In this document: one piece after another, positions 10,884-21,440 of the stretch
How positions within the stretch are numbered: the first letter of the stretch is position 1
How the letters are laid out: each line of letters opens with the position of its first letter
Origin: Synechococcus sp.
GTDB lineage: Bacteria; Cyanobacteriota; Cyanobacteriia; PCC-6307; Cyanobiaceae
Direction: 5' to 3'
Assembly (NCBI GenBank): GCA_047285805.1
Contig: JBJBCN010000003.1
Coordinates: 576,001 to 640,000 of the forward strand
Length of the DNA: 64,000 nucleotides
The notes under the pieces: model-generated
What the model saw: only the letters and a program-made list of their open reading frames with translations
What the model was told of the DNA's origin: nothing
Databases searched by the model: none
Translations under genes and position numbers: made by a program

Positions 10884-11957
10884 ATGATTCCCACCTCTGA
10901 TCTCCACGTGGTGGAAACCCGGCCCCTGGTGGCACCCACCCTCTTGCATGGCGAGCTGCCCCTTAGTGAGGCCGCAGGTCGCACCGTGCGCGAGGCCCGC
11001 GAGCGGATCAAGTCCATCCTGCGGGGTGATGATCAGCGCTTGCTGGTGATCGTTGGACCCTGTTCGGTTCATGACGTGGATGCCGCGAATGAATACGCCA
11101 GCGCCATTGCCGAAGAGCACAAACGCCACCGCGATCAACTCGAGGTGGTGATGCGGGTCTATTTCGAGAAACCCCGCACCACGGTTGGTTGGAAAGGGTT
11201 GATCAATGACCCCCACCTCGACGGCAGCTACGACATCAACACTGGTCTGCGTCTCGCCCGCGGTTTGCTGCTGCACCTGGCGGACATGGGCCTGCCAGCG
11301 GCCACCGAGCTGCTGGATCCGGTCGTCCCCCAATACATCGCGGATCTGATCAGCTGGACCGCGATCGGCGCCCGCACCACCGAGAGCCAGACCCACCGGG
11401 AAATGGCCTCCGGGTTGTCGATGCCGATCGGCTTCAAGAACGGCACCGATGGCAGTGCGATCACGGCCATCAACGCCATGGAGGCGGCCGCACGCCCCCA
11501 CCATTTCCTGGGAATTAACAAGGATGGCCAGGCCGCCATCGTCACCACGACCGGGAACCCCGATGGTCACCTGGTGCTGCGGGGCGGCAAGCAGGGCACC
11601 AACTACCACCGCGAGGCGATCGAAGAAGCCTCCGCCGCTCTGGTCAAAGACGGCCTGCCGGCGCGGGTGATGGTCGACTGCAGCCACGGCAACTCCAACA
11701 AGGACTACCGCCGTCAAGGTCACGTCGCGGCTCAGGTCGCCGATCAATTGCGGGCGGGTTCCCGGGATGTCATGGGCGTGATGCTCGAGAGCCACTTGGT
11801 GGCTGGTAATCAAAAGATCAGCCCCGATCGCGCTAACTTGACCTACGGCCAGAGCATCACTGACGCCTGCATCGACCTGGATGCGACCCGCGAAGTGTTG
11901 GCTGGCTTGGCTGATGCAGTTGTTGCGGCGCAGAGCGCTTCTGCAGTAGTGGTTTAG
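10884..11957 (+). CDS. aroF: 3-deoxy-7-phosphoheptulonate (DAHP) synthase, class I
   Basis: [30 protein letters not shown] and DCSHGNS motifs. Confidence 0.95.
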   Translation: MIPTSDLHVVETRPLVAPTLLHGELPLSEAAGRTVREARERIKSILRGDDQRLLVIVGPCSVHDVDAANEYASAIAEEHKRHRDQLEVVMRVYFEKPRTTVGWKGLINDPHLDGSYDINTGLRLARGLLLHLADMGLPAATELLDPVVPQYIADLISWTAIGARTTESQTHREMASGLSMPIGFKNGTDGSAITAINAMEAAARPHHFLGINKDGQAAIVTTTGNPDGHLVLRGGKQGTNYHREAIEEASAALVKDGLPARVMVDCSHGNSNKDYRRQGHVAAQVADQLRAGSRDVMGVMLESHLVAGNQKISPDRANLTYGQSITDACIDLDATREVLAGLADAVVAAQSASAVVV

Positions 11958-11975
11958 AGCTGGACATTCATTGCA

Positions 11976-12002
11976 TTAGCACTCGAAGATCGCGAGTGCT
12001 AA
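11976..12002 (+). promoter_or_regulatory. CIRCE element (HrcA operator)
   Basis: Exact TTAGCACTC-N9(GAAGATCGC)-GAGTGCTAA in the intergenic region after aroF. Confidence 0.93.
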
Positions 12003-12102
12003 TTGTCATTATTCTCTGCGAGTGTGGTTGCAAAAAGTTGGTCACGAGCGGGATCTTCTGCTGGTCCAATTCCTTTCCCCGCAGCTTGAAGGGGGGCTGC
12101 CC

Positions 12103-12342
12103 ATGGCCTACCTGTTGCAGTTTTTCGGCCTTTCTGATCCATTGCAGCTCTTCTATCTGCAGCAGAGTTCCATCGAGGGTTCGGGTCCGGTCTTCATGAG
12201 CTTTCGTCCCGTGCAGCTGGATGCCCTGATGGCTTGGGCCGTGGAGACCGCCAGTCGCCGACAGTGGGATCCCGAGCTCACCCAGCAGAGCGTCCTGCAG
12301 GCCGGGATGGAGCACCGCTGTGAGGCGATGCTCAGGGCATAG
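12103..12342 (+). CDS. Small hypothetical protein (79 aa) downstream of CIRCE
   Basis: ATG preceded by purine-rich GAAGGGGGG; MAYLLQFFGLSDPLQLFYL...; an upstream in-frame GTG at 12022 is possible. Confidence 0.65.
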   Translation: MAYLLQFFGLSDPLQLFYLQQSSIEGSGPVFMSFRPVQLDALMAWAVETASRRQWDPELTQQSVLQAGMEHRCEAMLRA

Positions 12343-13000
12343 CGAGTTGCCAAAGAGAAGCGGTGGCTAACGGCACGCTCAAGTTGTCGAAGCCGAAGCC
12401 GCTCAGTTGTTCCAGCCCGGTGGCGGCCACGGCGATGACAGCCGCTGCCACCAGGCCGGGTGCAGAAGCCCCCGTTGCGTGTGCGACCCCGATTAAGAGG
12501 GCCAGGACTAGCCAGCTGGTGAGGGCCATGGCGGCGGTACCCGCCAGGGATTTGGTTTGCCCGAAGAGCTTCCAGCGCGGCGACAGGATCTGGGGGCCCA
12601 CCAACCCGGCGAGTCCATCGCCGCAGGCCATCACCAGCACGCCGGCGGCAACGGGGAGCGGTTGCTGGGGCCAGAACAGGGCTAAGAGAATCGTGATCGA
12701 GGCGCCGTAGGCGATCGTCCCGTAGCTATGGCGTCCGACGTCCTCGATCGCAGGCAGCAGGCGGAAGCGGTGGTTGAGGGCTGTTCCAACCGTGACCAGG
12801 GCCGCGGCGCCGAGGGCGAAGTCCCGCGGAATCGCAAAGACCCAGGCGAGCAGGACGACGGCGCCGGTACCGATGTGCACGACCTTGCGGCTCCACTCCT
12901 TCTGGCGAGGCCAACGCCGGCGTACGGTCGAGGCCGTCAGCAGGACAGCCGCCAGCCATGCTGCGACCGCAGCCACGCCGAGGAGCTGTTGCGTGACCAC
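12332..13000 (-). CDS. Polyprenol/phytol kinase family membrane protein
   Basis: EWSRKVVHIG, GDGLAGLVG, KSLAGT and DNLSVPL motifs. Confidence 0.85.
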   Translation of the reverse strand: MVTQQLLGVAAVAAWLAAVLLTASTVRRRWPRQKEWSRKVVHIGTGAVVLLAWVFAIPRDFALGAAALVTVGTALNHRFRLLPAIEDVGRHSYGTIAYGASITILLALFWPQQPLPVAAGVLVMACGDGLAGLVGPQILSPRWKLFGQTKSLAGTAAMALTSWLVLALLIGVAHATGASAPGLVAAAVIAVAATGLEQLSGFGFDNLSVPLATASLWQLAMP

Positions 13001-13019
13001 TGAACTCAGGCGATACGGC

Positions 13020-13985
13020 TCAAGCAGCCCGCTGGTAGTTGGTCATCAGGCGCAGCTTGAGGATCGCTTTGGATTCCAGCTGACGCACCCGTTCGCGGGA
13101 GACATTGATCTGGCGGCCGATTTCCGCCAGGGTCAAGGGCTCCTGGCCGGCCAGGCCAAAGCGCAGTTCGATGATGCGGCGCTCCCGCTCATTCAGCTGC
13201 GAGAGCCAAGTGCCGAGGTGTTCCTTCTGCAGGTTGCGATCCATGGAATCCATGGACTCGTTGCTGTTGGGGTCTGCGATTAGCTCACCGAGGGTGCTCC
13301 GATCCTCGTCGCCTCGGGCATGGGCATCGAGGGAGGCGCACGGAGCACTCTGGGAGATCAGATCTTCCAGCTCCTGCGGTTGCATGCCCATGGCATGGGC
13401 CAACTCCAGGCGATTGGGCTGACGGCCAAAGCGATGGGAGAGCTCGCGAGTGATGCGGCGCATCTTCGAGAGCTTTTCGCTGACATGAATGGGGAGGCGA
13501 ATCGTCCGGGCGCTGTTGTCGATGGCCCGTGTCATGCCCTGGCGAATCCACCAGTAGGCGTAGGTCGAGAACTTGTAACCCATGGCTGGGTCGAACTTGT
13601 CCACCGCCCGCTCCAGGCCGATGGCACCTTCTTGAACCAGGTCAAGCAGTTCGAGTCCTTGGTTCTGATACTTCTTGGCCACGCTGACGACGAGCCGCAG
13701 GTTGGCGGCCATCATTCGATCGCGGGCGCGGGTGCCCATTCGGATCTGGTGCTTCTGCCGGGCCGTCAGTTCTGCGGCGGGGAGTTCTTGCAGGCGCTTC
13801 ATGGCCTGCACATGGTGAGCTAATTCAATCTCTTCGGCGGGGGTCAGTAGCGGTACCCGCCCGATATTGCTCAGATACCAGCCAATCGAATCAGCACTAA
13901 GGCGACCTCCTTGTCGGGATGCGGCAGATCGAGCGGTTGATTTGTTGCTCGAAGGGCCTGAAGCAGCGGGCTTGTTTGCAGGCAT
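13020..13985 (-). CDS. Group 2 RpoD-family sigma factor
   Basis: ANLRLVVSVAKKY, GYKFSTYAYWWIRQ, SRERVRQLE. Confidence 0.95.
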   Translation of the reverse strand: MPANKPAASGPSSNKSTARSAASRQGGRLSADSIGWYLSNIGRVPLLTPAEEIELAHHVQAMKRLQELPAAELTARQKHQIRMGTRARDRMMAANLRLVVSVAKKYQNQGLELLDLVQEGAIGLERAVDKFDPAMGYKFSTYAYWWIRQGMTRAIDNSARTIRLPIHVSEKLSKMRRITRELSHRFGRQPNRLELAHAMGMQPQELEDLISQSAPCASLDAHARGDEDRSTLGELIADPNSNESMDSMDRNLQKEHLGTWLSQLNERERRIIELRFGLAGQEPLTLAEIGRQINVSRERVRQLESKAILKLRLMTNYQRAA

Positions 13986-14178
13986 GGCAGCTGAGGCGCA
14001 GGCTTCGGAGGTTGCTTTGGGCTGGTGGTTGTCTCTGCTGGGTCGCAGAGGTGTTCAGAAAGCCGCAAAACAAATTGATTTGGCCGGAATGTAGCACTTC
14101 TGGCCAACGCGAGATGTATGGAATTGGAAGACTTACTGAGGCCTTTTCGTTCGTTTTTCTTTCTGTTTGTAGCCCTCG

Positions 14179-16323
14179 CTACGCGCCCGTCGCCACTGGG
14201 ATCAGGCCCTTTCTCCAGCTATCGATCAGGTTGGCTTGCACCGCGATGTTCTCGTCCTCGGGGATGCGCCGGCTGAAGCTGCCATCGCTCTGCATGTCCC
14301 AGGCGGTGCAGTTGTCATTGAGATAAATGTCCATCAGCCGTATCAGCCGTTCGTGTAGATCGGGATCTTCCACGGGAACCACCGCTTCGACGCGTCTGTC
14401 GAGATTGCGACCCATCCAGTCGGCGCTGCCGATGTACATCTCAGGCTCGCCGCCGTTCTTGAACCAGAACAGGCGGGAGTGCTCGAGGAAGCGGCCGATG
14501 ACGCTGCTCACCCGGATGTTCTCGCTGACGCCGTCGAGGCCAGGCCGCAGGCTGCACATGCCCCGCACCACCAGGTCGATCTGCACGCCGGCCTGGGAGG
14601 CCTCGTAGAGGAGCGCAATGATCCGCGGATCTACCAGGGCATTCATCTTGGCCTTGATGGCGGCGGGCTTCCCGGCCTGGGCGTGATCGACCTCCCGCTG
14701 AATCAGCGCTTGCATTTGACGCCGGAGGGTCACGGGGGCGACGAGCAGGCGCCGGAAATCCTGCTGCTTGGAGAAGCCGGTCAGGTAGTTGAACAACTCG
14801 GCCAGGTCCTGTCCCAGTTCCGGCCTGGCCGAGAGCAGGCCCAAGTCGGTGTAATGCGCCGATGTTTTTGAGTTGTAGTTGCCCGTGCCGATGTGGCAGT
14901 AGCTGCGCAGCAGATCTTTTTCTTTGCGCACCACCAGCGTGATCTTGGTGTGGGTCTTCAGGCCGATCACGCCATAGACCACGTGGACGCCGGAGCGCTC
15001 CAGTTGGCGGGCCCACTGAATGTTGTTGTCTTCGTCGAAGCGGGCCTTGAGTTCGACCAGCACCATCACCTGCTTGCCGTTCTCGGAGGCGCGAATCAGG
15101 GCGGCAATGATCGGGGAGTCCTTGGACACCCTATAGAGCGTCATCTTGATGGCCAGCACTGATGGGTCATCGGCGGCCTGATTGATGAACTCCTCGACGG
15201 ACGTGGAGAAGAGGTCAAAGGGATGGTGCAAAAGCACATCACCCCGGCGCAGCACCGAGAAGATGCTGGTAAATTCCTCTGCCTTGATCGAGCCATCCTC
15301 CAGCAGGCTCTTCTGGGCTCGGGCCAGGTTGAGCGCCGTGCGGCCCCGGTGGGGGGCGTCCTTCAGGGCCGGCAGTGGAATCGACAGCAGGCTCATTAGG
15401 TCATCGAGTCCCAGTGGCCCGCCGATGCGATAGAGATCCTCCGGATCCACTCCTGTGCCGTCCAGCAGGAGTTCGACGACGGCATCGGGCATCTCGTCGG
15501 CGACTTCCAGGCGCACCACTTCCCCGCCCATCCGGCGTTTGCGTAGTCCCTGCTGCAGGGCCTCCATCAAGTCGTCGGCTTCCAGGTCCCGCAACTCCAG
15601 GTCCGCATCCCGGGTCACGCGAAAGAAGTAGTGCCCCTCCACCTCCATGCCGGGGAAGAGCAGTTGCAGGTTGAAGGCCACCACCTGCTCGAGGGGAACG
15701 GCGGTGAAGACCGGTTTGGTTTCGGTGGTGCTGAGCTCAGCGGGCAGTTCGACAAACCGCGGCAGGTTTTTTTGCGGAACCTTGACCCGGGCGAACTGTT
15801 GAACGCCGCTCTCTGGATCGCGGATCAATGCCGCGATGTTCAAGCTCAGGTTGCTGATGAAGGGGAAGGGGTGCGCTGGGTCCACCGCCAGCGGGGTGAG
15901 CACCGGGAAGATGGATCGCTGGAAGTAGTCGTTGACCCAGGCCTTCTGTTTTTTGTTCAGCAGCCGGTAGTCCAGTAAGTGCACTCCGGATTCCGCCAGC
16001 TGGTGCTTCAGGTAGAGGCGGTAGTGGGCCTGTTGCTGGTGGAGTAGCGGTGCGAGTTCCTTACGCACCAGGGCCAACTGTTGGCTAGGGGTGAGGCCGT
16101 CGTCGCTGAGTTTTTGAACGTCCGCTTCAACCTGTGATTTCAGGGAAGCAACACGGACCATAAAAAATTCGTCGAGATTATTGCTGAAAATCGCGCTGAA
16201 CTTGGCCTGCTCCAGCAGCGGCGTGTGTTCACTAAGGGCCTGAGCCAGCACCCTCTGGTTAAAGGCGAGCCAGCTCAGCTCTCGGTTGATGTAGAGCTCG
16301 GGAGCCACCACTGGATCAGCCAT
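14179..16323 (-). CDS. ppk1: Polyphosphate kinase 1
   Basis: NRELSWLAFN, ELKARFDE, HIGTGNYN, RFLEHSR, SADWMGRNLDRRVE. Confidence 0.97.
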   Translation of the reverse strand: MADPVVAPELYINRELSWLAFNQRVLAQALSEHTPLLEQAKFSAIFSNNLDEFFMVRVASLKSQVEADVQKLSDDGLTPSQQLALVRKELAPLLHQQQAHYRLYLKHQLAESGVHLLDYRLLNKKQKAWVNDYFQRSIFPVLTPLAVDPAHPFPFISNLSLNIAALIRDPESGVQQFARVKVPQKNLPRFVELPAELSTTETKPVFTAVPLEQVVAFNLQLLFPGMEVEGHYFFRVTRDADLELRDLEADDLMEALQQGLRKRRMGGEVVRLEVADEMPDAVVELLLDGTGVDPEDLYRIGGPLGLDDLMSLLSIPLPALKDAPHRGRTALNLARAQKSLLEDGSIKAEEFTSIFSVLRRGDVLLHHPFDLFSTSVEEFINQAADDPSVLAIKMTLYRVSKDSPIIAALIRASENGKQVMVLVELKARFDEDNNIQWARQLERSGVHVVYGVIGLKTHTKITLVVRKEKDLLRSYCHIGTGNYNSKTSAHYTDLGLLSARPELGQDLAELFNYLTGFSKQQDFRRLLVAPVTLRRQMQALIQREVDHAQAGKPAAIKAKMNALVDPRIIALLYEASQAGVQIDLVVRGMCSLRPGLDGVSENIRVSSVIGRFLEHSRLFWFKNGGEPEMYIGSADWMGRNLDRRVEAVVPVEDPDLHERLIRLMDIYLNDNCTAWDMQSDGSFSRRIPEDENIAVQANLIDSWRKGLIPVATGA

Positions 16324-16358
16324 GGATGACCCACACCTTCAGGTGCTCAACGTAGCAA

Positions 16359-17612
16359 TCAGAAGGGATCTGGGGCATGTTCGCTGCGACGGGGGAGACC
16401 GCCGGCAACCAGTATTGCCACGCCGGCCAGGACCGTAATGCCGAGCCAAAAGGGACTGCGCTGACCGACGACGTCGTAGGCCAGGCCCGCCAGGGGTGGA
16501 CCGATGAAACTGCCCAGGCTCTGGAGACCCTGCAGGCTGCCCAGGGCTGCCCCTTGGCCGGAGTCATCGAGGCGTCTGGAGACCAGGGCGCGTAGGCAGG
16601 GGGTGACCAGGCCAGTCCCAAGGGCCAGGATGGCGACGGCCGGAAAGACGACGCGGGTGGAGTTCTCGGCAGTGGCCATTGGCACGAGCAGACAGCCGGC
16701 GATCACAAAGCCCAGGCCCGCCAGGGTCAGCCGCCATTCACCAAAGCGCTTCACCAGGGGCCCGATCAATCCGCCCTGGACGACCGTGGCGACAACACCA
16801 ACCACCAGGAAGGCATTGGCGGCCAGACCCGGACCCCAATCAAAGGCCTGTTTGAAATAGAGAACGAGAACGGCGGTGAAGCCGTTGAAGGCCAGAAAGA
16901 AGAGGAAGAAGGCTCCGCAAAGCCGGCGCACCTGCGGATTAGTGAACACCTTTTGCAGGGCGATCAAGGGATTGAGATCCCGTTTGCGAGGCATGGCCAG
17001 CCGTGCCTCCGGCGGATGGGTCTCCGGTAGGAGAAGGAGCACCAACAGCAGGTTGATCAGCGCAAAGGCTGCGGCGGCCCAGACCGGAAGGGTGACGTTG
17101 GTCTGGGAGAGCAAGCCGCCGAAGGCGGGGCCGAGGATGAAGCCCAGGCCAAACGCGACGCCAATCAGCCCGAAGGCCTTCGCCCGGTTTTCGGGGGTGG
17201 AGATATCGGCTAACACCGCACCAGCGGTGGCTGCGGTGCCGCCGCTCACGCCATCAATGAGGCGGGCGGCGAACAGCAGCACGAGCGGAAGGCTGGTGCC
17301 GGCGGCCCAGGGGATGGCTTGCCAATCAATGCTGACGGTGATGGCAAACAGGCTCAAGCCCACCACCGAACCCGCCACGCAAATCCCAATCACTGGACGG
17401 CGGCCGAAGCGATCACTCAGCGAGCCGATCAGCGGCGTCACAGCAAATTGTGCGATCGCATAACTACCCGCCAGCAGGCCCAGGGTGCGCCCGTTGTCCG
17501 TGAAGCTCGCCAGGAGGAATGGCAGCAGCGGGAAAACGATGCTCTCTCCGAGCCGATCGTTCAGCAGCGTGAGGAACGCGCAGAGGGAGGTGGAGGGGCG
17601 TTTCCAGCTCAC
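16359..17612 (-). CDS. MFS transporter (TetA/DHA1-like)
   Basis: MFS motif [25 protein letters not shown] start chosen. Confidence 0.88.
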   Translation of the reverse strand: MSWKRPSTSLCAFLTLLNDRLGESIVFPLLPFLLASFTDNGRTLGLLAGSYAIAQFAVTPLIGSLSDRFGRRPVIGICVAGSVVGLSLFAITVSIDWQAIPWAAGTSLPLVLLFAARLIDGVSGGTAATAGAVLADISTPENRAKAFGLIGVAFGLGFILGPAFGGLLSQTNVTLPVWAAAAFALINLLLVLLLLPETHPPEARLAMPRKRDLNPLIALQKVFTNPQVRRLCGAFFLFFLAFNGFTAVLVLYFKQAFDWGPGLAANAFLVVGVVATVVQGGLIGPLVKRFGEWRLTLAGLGFVIAGCLLVPMATAENSTRVVFPAVAILALGTGLVTPCLRALVSRRLDDSGQGAALGSLQGLQSLGSFIGPPLAGLAYDVVGQRSPFWLGITVLAGVAILVAGGLPRRSEHAPDPF

Positions 17613-17682
17613 AGGGAGGCACCCGGTGTTTTCCACACCATCCCACGGGAGGATGCTGCAACAGGCCGATGAGCGTTTCCCC

Positions 17683-18168
17683 GTGAGTGCCACCCCCCCT
17701 GAGCTGAGTCACCTCAATGCCAGCGGCGAGGCCTACATGGTGGATGTCGGTGGGCGGGCCGTCAGTGATCGCGTGGCCGTGGCCGAAGGGTTCATTCAGC
17801 TTTCGCCGGAGGCCTTGGCCCTGGTGGTGGAGGGCCGTGCCGCCAAAGGGGATGTTCTCGCCGTCGCGCGGGTCGCAGCGATTCAAGGGGCGAAGCGGAC
17901 ATGGGAATTGATTCCCCTCTGCCATCCCCTGCCCCTTACCGGTGTTTCGGTGGTGATCGAGCCAGTGGCCGATGGCCTGCGGATCGAGGCTTCGGCCCGA
18001 ACCACCGGGGTGACTGGCGTGGAGATGGAAGCCCTGACCGCCGTGCAGGTGGGTCTGCTCACCCTGTACGACATGGTCAAAGCGGTTGATCCGGCTATGA
18101 CGATTGGATCCGTTCGGCTCTTGAGCAAGACCGGTGGTCGCCGAGGCGATTGGCAGCGCGATGACTGA
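17683..18168 (+). CDS. moaC: Cyclic pyranopterin monophosphate synthase
   Basis: [37 protein letters not shown]; start uncertain (17653 or 17683). Confidence 0.93.
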   Translation: MSATPPELSHLNASGEAYMVDVGGRAVSDRVAVAEGFIQLSPEALALVVEGRAAKGDVLAVARVAAIQGAKRTWELIPLCHPLPLTGVSVVIEPVADGLRIEASARTTGVTGVEMEALTAVQVGLLTLYDMVKAVDPAMTIGSVRLLSKTGGRRGDWQRDD

Positions 18169-19396
18169 GCCCTACCCCAAAGAAGGTCTACCCCTGGATC
18201 AGGCCCGAGCGCTGATCCTGCAGGACCTGCAGCCTCTAGCGCTCTCGGAGTCCTTGCCCCTGTCGGAGTGTTTGGGACGCACCGTGGCTGAATCAATCCA
18301 CGCTCCAGAGGCGGTGCCTGGATTCCGTGCGTCGATAATGGATGGCTACGCCATTGCTGGCTCGGAGCAGCCCGCGTTGGGTGAGGCCTGGCAATTGGTC
18401 GGTCGCTCCGCAGCAGGGGCCCCGTTCCTTGGAACTCTGCAGCCTGGTCAGGCGGTGCGCGTGCTCACGGGTGCGCTGATACCCGAGAGCAGTGGCCGCG
18501 TCTTGCCTCAGGAATTGGTGGAGGCCAGCGATCAGGATCTGCGCTTGATGAAGGCCTGCGGAGCCAATCCCTGGATTCGCTCCGCGGATGAAGAGACCGC
18601 TGCTGGCGGCGTGCTCGGCGAGTCCGGCCTCCGCTTGGGGGTGGCGGAGGTGGCCCGCTTGGCCAGCTGCGGAATTCAGCACTGCCTGGTCTTCTCTAAG
18701 CCTCGGGTTGGCCTTCTGATTAGCGGGGATGAATTGCTTTCACCGGGTCAACCGCGGCAGTTGGGGGAGATCTGGGAGAGCAACTCAACCTTGCTGCGCG
18801 GTCTGCTGGAGCGCCTGGGCTATGGGGTTGTCGTGCAACGGGTTGTTGGCGATCAGCCGGAGCCATTGCGTCAGGCTTTGCTCGCGTTGGCCGAGGACTG
18901 CAACGTGGTGGTGAGTACTGGCGGGGTCTCCGCCGGCGATACCGACTGGATCCGTCCCTTGGTCGCGGAACTGGGGGTGGTGCGTTTTTGGAAGTTGTTC
19001 CTCAAACCCGGACGCCCCTTGGCCTGGGGGAGGGTGGACGGCACGCCCTTTTTGGGCTTGCCGGGCAATCCCGTCGCCGCCGCAGTGACGGCCCTGCAGC
19101 TGCTCTGGCCTGCCCTGCAACGGCTGGAGGGTGCCCAGGTTCAGCTTCTGCCGCGTCTACGGGTGGCTTTGGAGCAGCCCCTGCGGCGGGGCGCCGGTCG
19201 CCCGGAGTTGGCGCGTGCCTCCTTGGTGGTGGCGGAGGACGGTCGTCTCTTGGCGCGGGTGGTCGGCTCCCAGGCATCCTCCCGCATTGGCTCTCTGGCG
19301 GGGGCGGACCTGCTCTTGGAGATCCCCGCTGAGCTGGGGAGCCTGGAGGCGGGGACCGAGTTGTGGGCTCAGCTGCTGCGGCTGCCGATTTTTTGA
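18161..19396 (+). CDS. moeA: Molybdopterin molybdotransferase
   Basis: [33 protein letters not shown]. Confidence 0.93.
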   Translation: MTEPYPKEGLPLDQARALILQDLQPLALSESLPLSECLGRTVAESIHAPEAVPGFRASIMDGYAIAGSEQPALGEAWQLVGRSAAGAPFLGTLQPGQAVRVLTGALIPESSGRVLPQELVEASDQDLRLMKACGANPWIRSADEETAAGGVLGESGLRLGVAEVARLASCGIQHCLVFSKPRVGLLISGDELLSPGQPRQLGEIWESNSTLLRGLLERLGYGVVVQRVVGDQPEPLRQALLALAEDCNVVVSTGGVSAGDTDWIRPLVAELGVVRFWKLFLKPGRPLAWGRVDGTPFLGLPGNPVAAAVTALQLLWPALQRLEGAQVQLLPRLRVALEQPLRRGAGRPELARASLVVAEDGRLLARVVGSQASSRIGSLAGADLLLEIPAELGSLEAGTELWAQLLRLPIF

Positions 19397-19400
19397 GGGC

Positions 19401-19853
19401 CTAAAGGGGGGTGTTGCCTTCGATCCACTGGCTGGATCCATCGGCGTTCCATTCCCGCTTCCAAAACGGGGCGTTGTGTTTGAGCTCCTCGAGTAGCTCT
19501 TGGCAGCAGCGTTGGGCTGGACCGCGGCGGTCGGCCCAGACCGCTACGCAAACGATGGCCTCGTCCACGGCGATGCGACCGACCCGATGCTCGAGCAGGC
19601 AGGCCAGGGCGGAGTGGCGTCTGGTCACGGATGCAGCGATGCGCTGCAGTTCCGCTTCCGTCATCCCGGGGTAATGCTCGAGCTCGAGTGCCACCACGCC
19701 ATCGCCTGCGCGCACGCGCCCGATGAACGAGCTCGTGGCCGCCGCCCGTGGGAGGCAGGCCTCCAGTAGCCCTTGCTCCCAGTGCTGTAGTGCTTCCAGG
19801 GGATCAAACCGCTCTGGATGCAAACGAATCTGGATCGGGATGGGCCTGTCCAT
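19401..19853 (-). CDS. moaE: Molybdopterin synthase catalytic subunit
   Basis: LEHYPGM, HRVGRI, ELKHNAPFWKRE. Confidence 0.93.
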   Translation of the reverse strand: MDRPIPIQIRLHPERFDPLEALQHWEQGLLEACLPRAAATSSFIGRVRAGDGVVALELEHYPGMTEAELQRIAASVTRRHSALACLLEHRVGRIAVDEAIVCVAVWADRRGPAQRCCQELLEELKHNAPFWKREWNADGSSQWIEGNTPL

Positions 19854-20101
19854 CAGCCCCCACTGATCGGCGGCAGGAAGGCCAACTCGTCTCCGCTTTC
19901 GAGCGGCGTGTCGGTGCTGGCAAAGCGTTGGTTGATGGCCACCCGCACCCCATCGAGGGATCGGGCGAGGCCCAGTTCAGCCCACAGTTGTTTCGCGGTT
20001 GTTGGTTCGGCGAGGGGCCAGTCCCGCTCCCCCCAGCCAGCTTGCTCCCTGAGGCTGGCGAAGAGGCGGATGCGGATTGAGTCAGGTCTGCTGGAGCCCA
20101 T
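19853..20101 (-). CDS. moaD: Molybdopterin synthase sulfur carrier
   Basis: LFASLRE...; C-terminal FLPPISGG. Confidence 0.93.
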   Translation of the reverse strand: MGSSRPDSIRIRLFASLREQAGWGERDWPLAEPTTAKQLWAELGLARSLDGVRVAINQRFASTDTPLESGDELAFLPPISGG

Positions 20102-20166
20102 GGTTCAAACGCTACCCAGCGGGGCGGGGAGGTTTGGCAGCATCAAGGCTCCGCTGCATCCTGCGC

Positions 20167-20670
20167 TTGGGCCTTTCGATTGCGCTGTTGACCGTCTCTG
20201 ACACGCGGACCCTCTCCGAGGATCGCTCGGGGGCTGCGCTGCAGCAGCGGCTCGAGGGGGCGGGCCATCAATTGCACGAGCGGCTTTTAGTGCCGGACAA
20301 CCGCTACCAAATCCGCTCCGAACTCAGCCGTTGGATTGCCGATGAGGCGGTGCAGGTGGTGATCACCAGTGGCGGCACCGGTTTGACCGGACGGGATGGG
20401 ACGCCGGAGGCCATCGAGCCGCTCCTGGACAAAACCATCGAGGGCTTCGGCGAGCTGTTTCGGGTGCTCTCCTTCGAGACCATTGGCACCAGCAGCCTCC
20501 AGAGCCGTTGCCTAGCCGGCGTGGCCAATGGGACGGTCGTCTTTGTGTTGCCGGGGTCGCTGGACGCGGTGGAAACCGCCTGGGATCGCCTGATTGCGGC
20601 CCAGCTCGACGCCACGACCCGTCCCTGCAACTTGGTGCAGCTGTTCCCTCGTTTGCGCGAAGCGCCATGA
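20167..20670 (+). CDS. moaB: Molybdenum cofactor biosynthesis protein B
   Basis: LTVSDTR, SGGTGLTGRDGTPEA, LPGS, RPCN; TTG start inferred. Confidence 0.9.
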   Translation: MGLSIALLTVSDTRTLSEDRSGAALQQRLEGAGHQLHERLLVPDNRYQIRSELSRWIADEAVQVVITSGGTGLTGRDGTPEAIEPLLDKTIEGFGELFRVLSFETIGTSSLQSRCLAGVANGTVVFVLPGSLDAVETAWDRLIAAQLDATTRPCNLVQLFPRLREAP

Positions 20671-21440
20671 CGAGCTTGGAGCCCGGGCTGCTGTTCGCCC
20701 TGGGACTCATTGCCCTCCTTTATGCCTGCGTCGGCCATGCCGGTGCCTCCGGCTACATCGCCATCCTGGCCCTCTTCGCGGTGCCGCTTGAGTGGATCCG
20801 GCCCATGGCTCTGGTCATGAACCTGGTGGTAGCGAGCCTGGCCAGTTGGCGTTTTTACCGCGATGGCCACCTGCCGGTTGTTGTTCAGCGGCGCCTGCTG
20901 TTCCCGCTGGTCTCCTGCTCGATTCCTACGGCCCTGCTTGGCGGCAGCTTGCGCTTGCCCAGTGACGGCTTGAGCCTCTTCTTGGCCATTGTGTTGCTCT
21001 TTTCTGCCCTACGGCTTTTGCGCTCCCCCTCAGAGCGCAAAAGCCGTGTCGTGGCCGTGCCGTCATCGCCTGTGGTCTTGCTAACGGGCGCGGTGCTCGG
21101 CCTGCTAGCCGGGTTGAGTGGAACAGGTGGTGGCATCTTCTTGACGCCGCTGGCGCTGCTCGCGGGTTGGCTTCCGATTCGCCTGGCGGCCGGGGTGTCC
21201 GCCGCCTTTATTTGGTGTAATTCCTTGGCGGGGCTCAGTGGTTGGCTGCTGAGCTATGGCGCCTCAGTCCTGCCTCCCGCTCCGCTCTTGCTGGCTCCCT
21301 TGCCGCTGGTGGCCCTGGCGGGAGCCCTGGGGAGTTGGTGCGGCAGTCGCCGTTTTCAAGAGGTCTGGATTCGCCGCTTGTTGGCTCTGGTGCTGCTGCT
21401 GGCCAGCCTGAAGTTGTCCGGCTTCTTGCCTTTGCCCTAG
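20667..21440 (+). CDS. TauE/SafE (TSUP) family membrane transporter
   Basis: YACVGHAGASGY and GLSGTGGGIFLTP; hydrophobic throughout; ATGA overlap with moaB. Confidence 0.82.
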   Translation: MTSLEPGLLFALGLIALLYACVGHAGASGYIAILALFAVPLEWIRPMALVMNLVVASLASWRFYRDGHLPVVVQRRLLFPLVSCSIPTALLGGSLRLPSDGLSLFLAIVLLFSALRLLRSPSERKSRVVAVPSSPVVLLTGAVLGLLAGLSGTGGGIFLTPLALLAGWLPIRLAAGVSAAFIWCNSLAGLSGWLLSYGASVLPPAPLLLAPLPLVALAGALGSWCGSRRFQEVWIRRLLALVLLLASLKLSGFLPLP

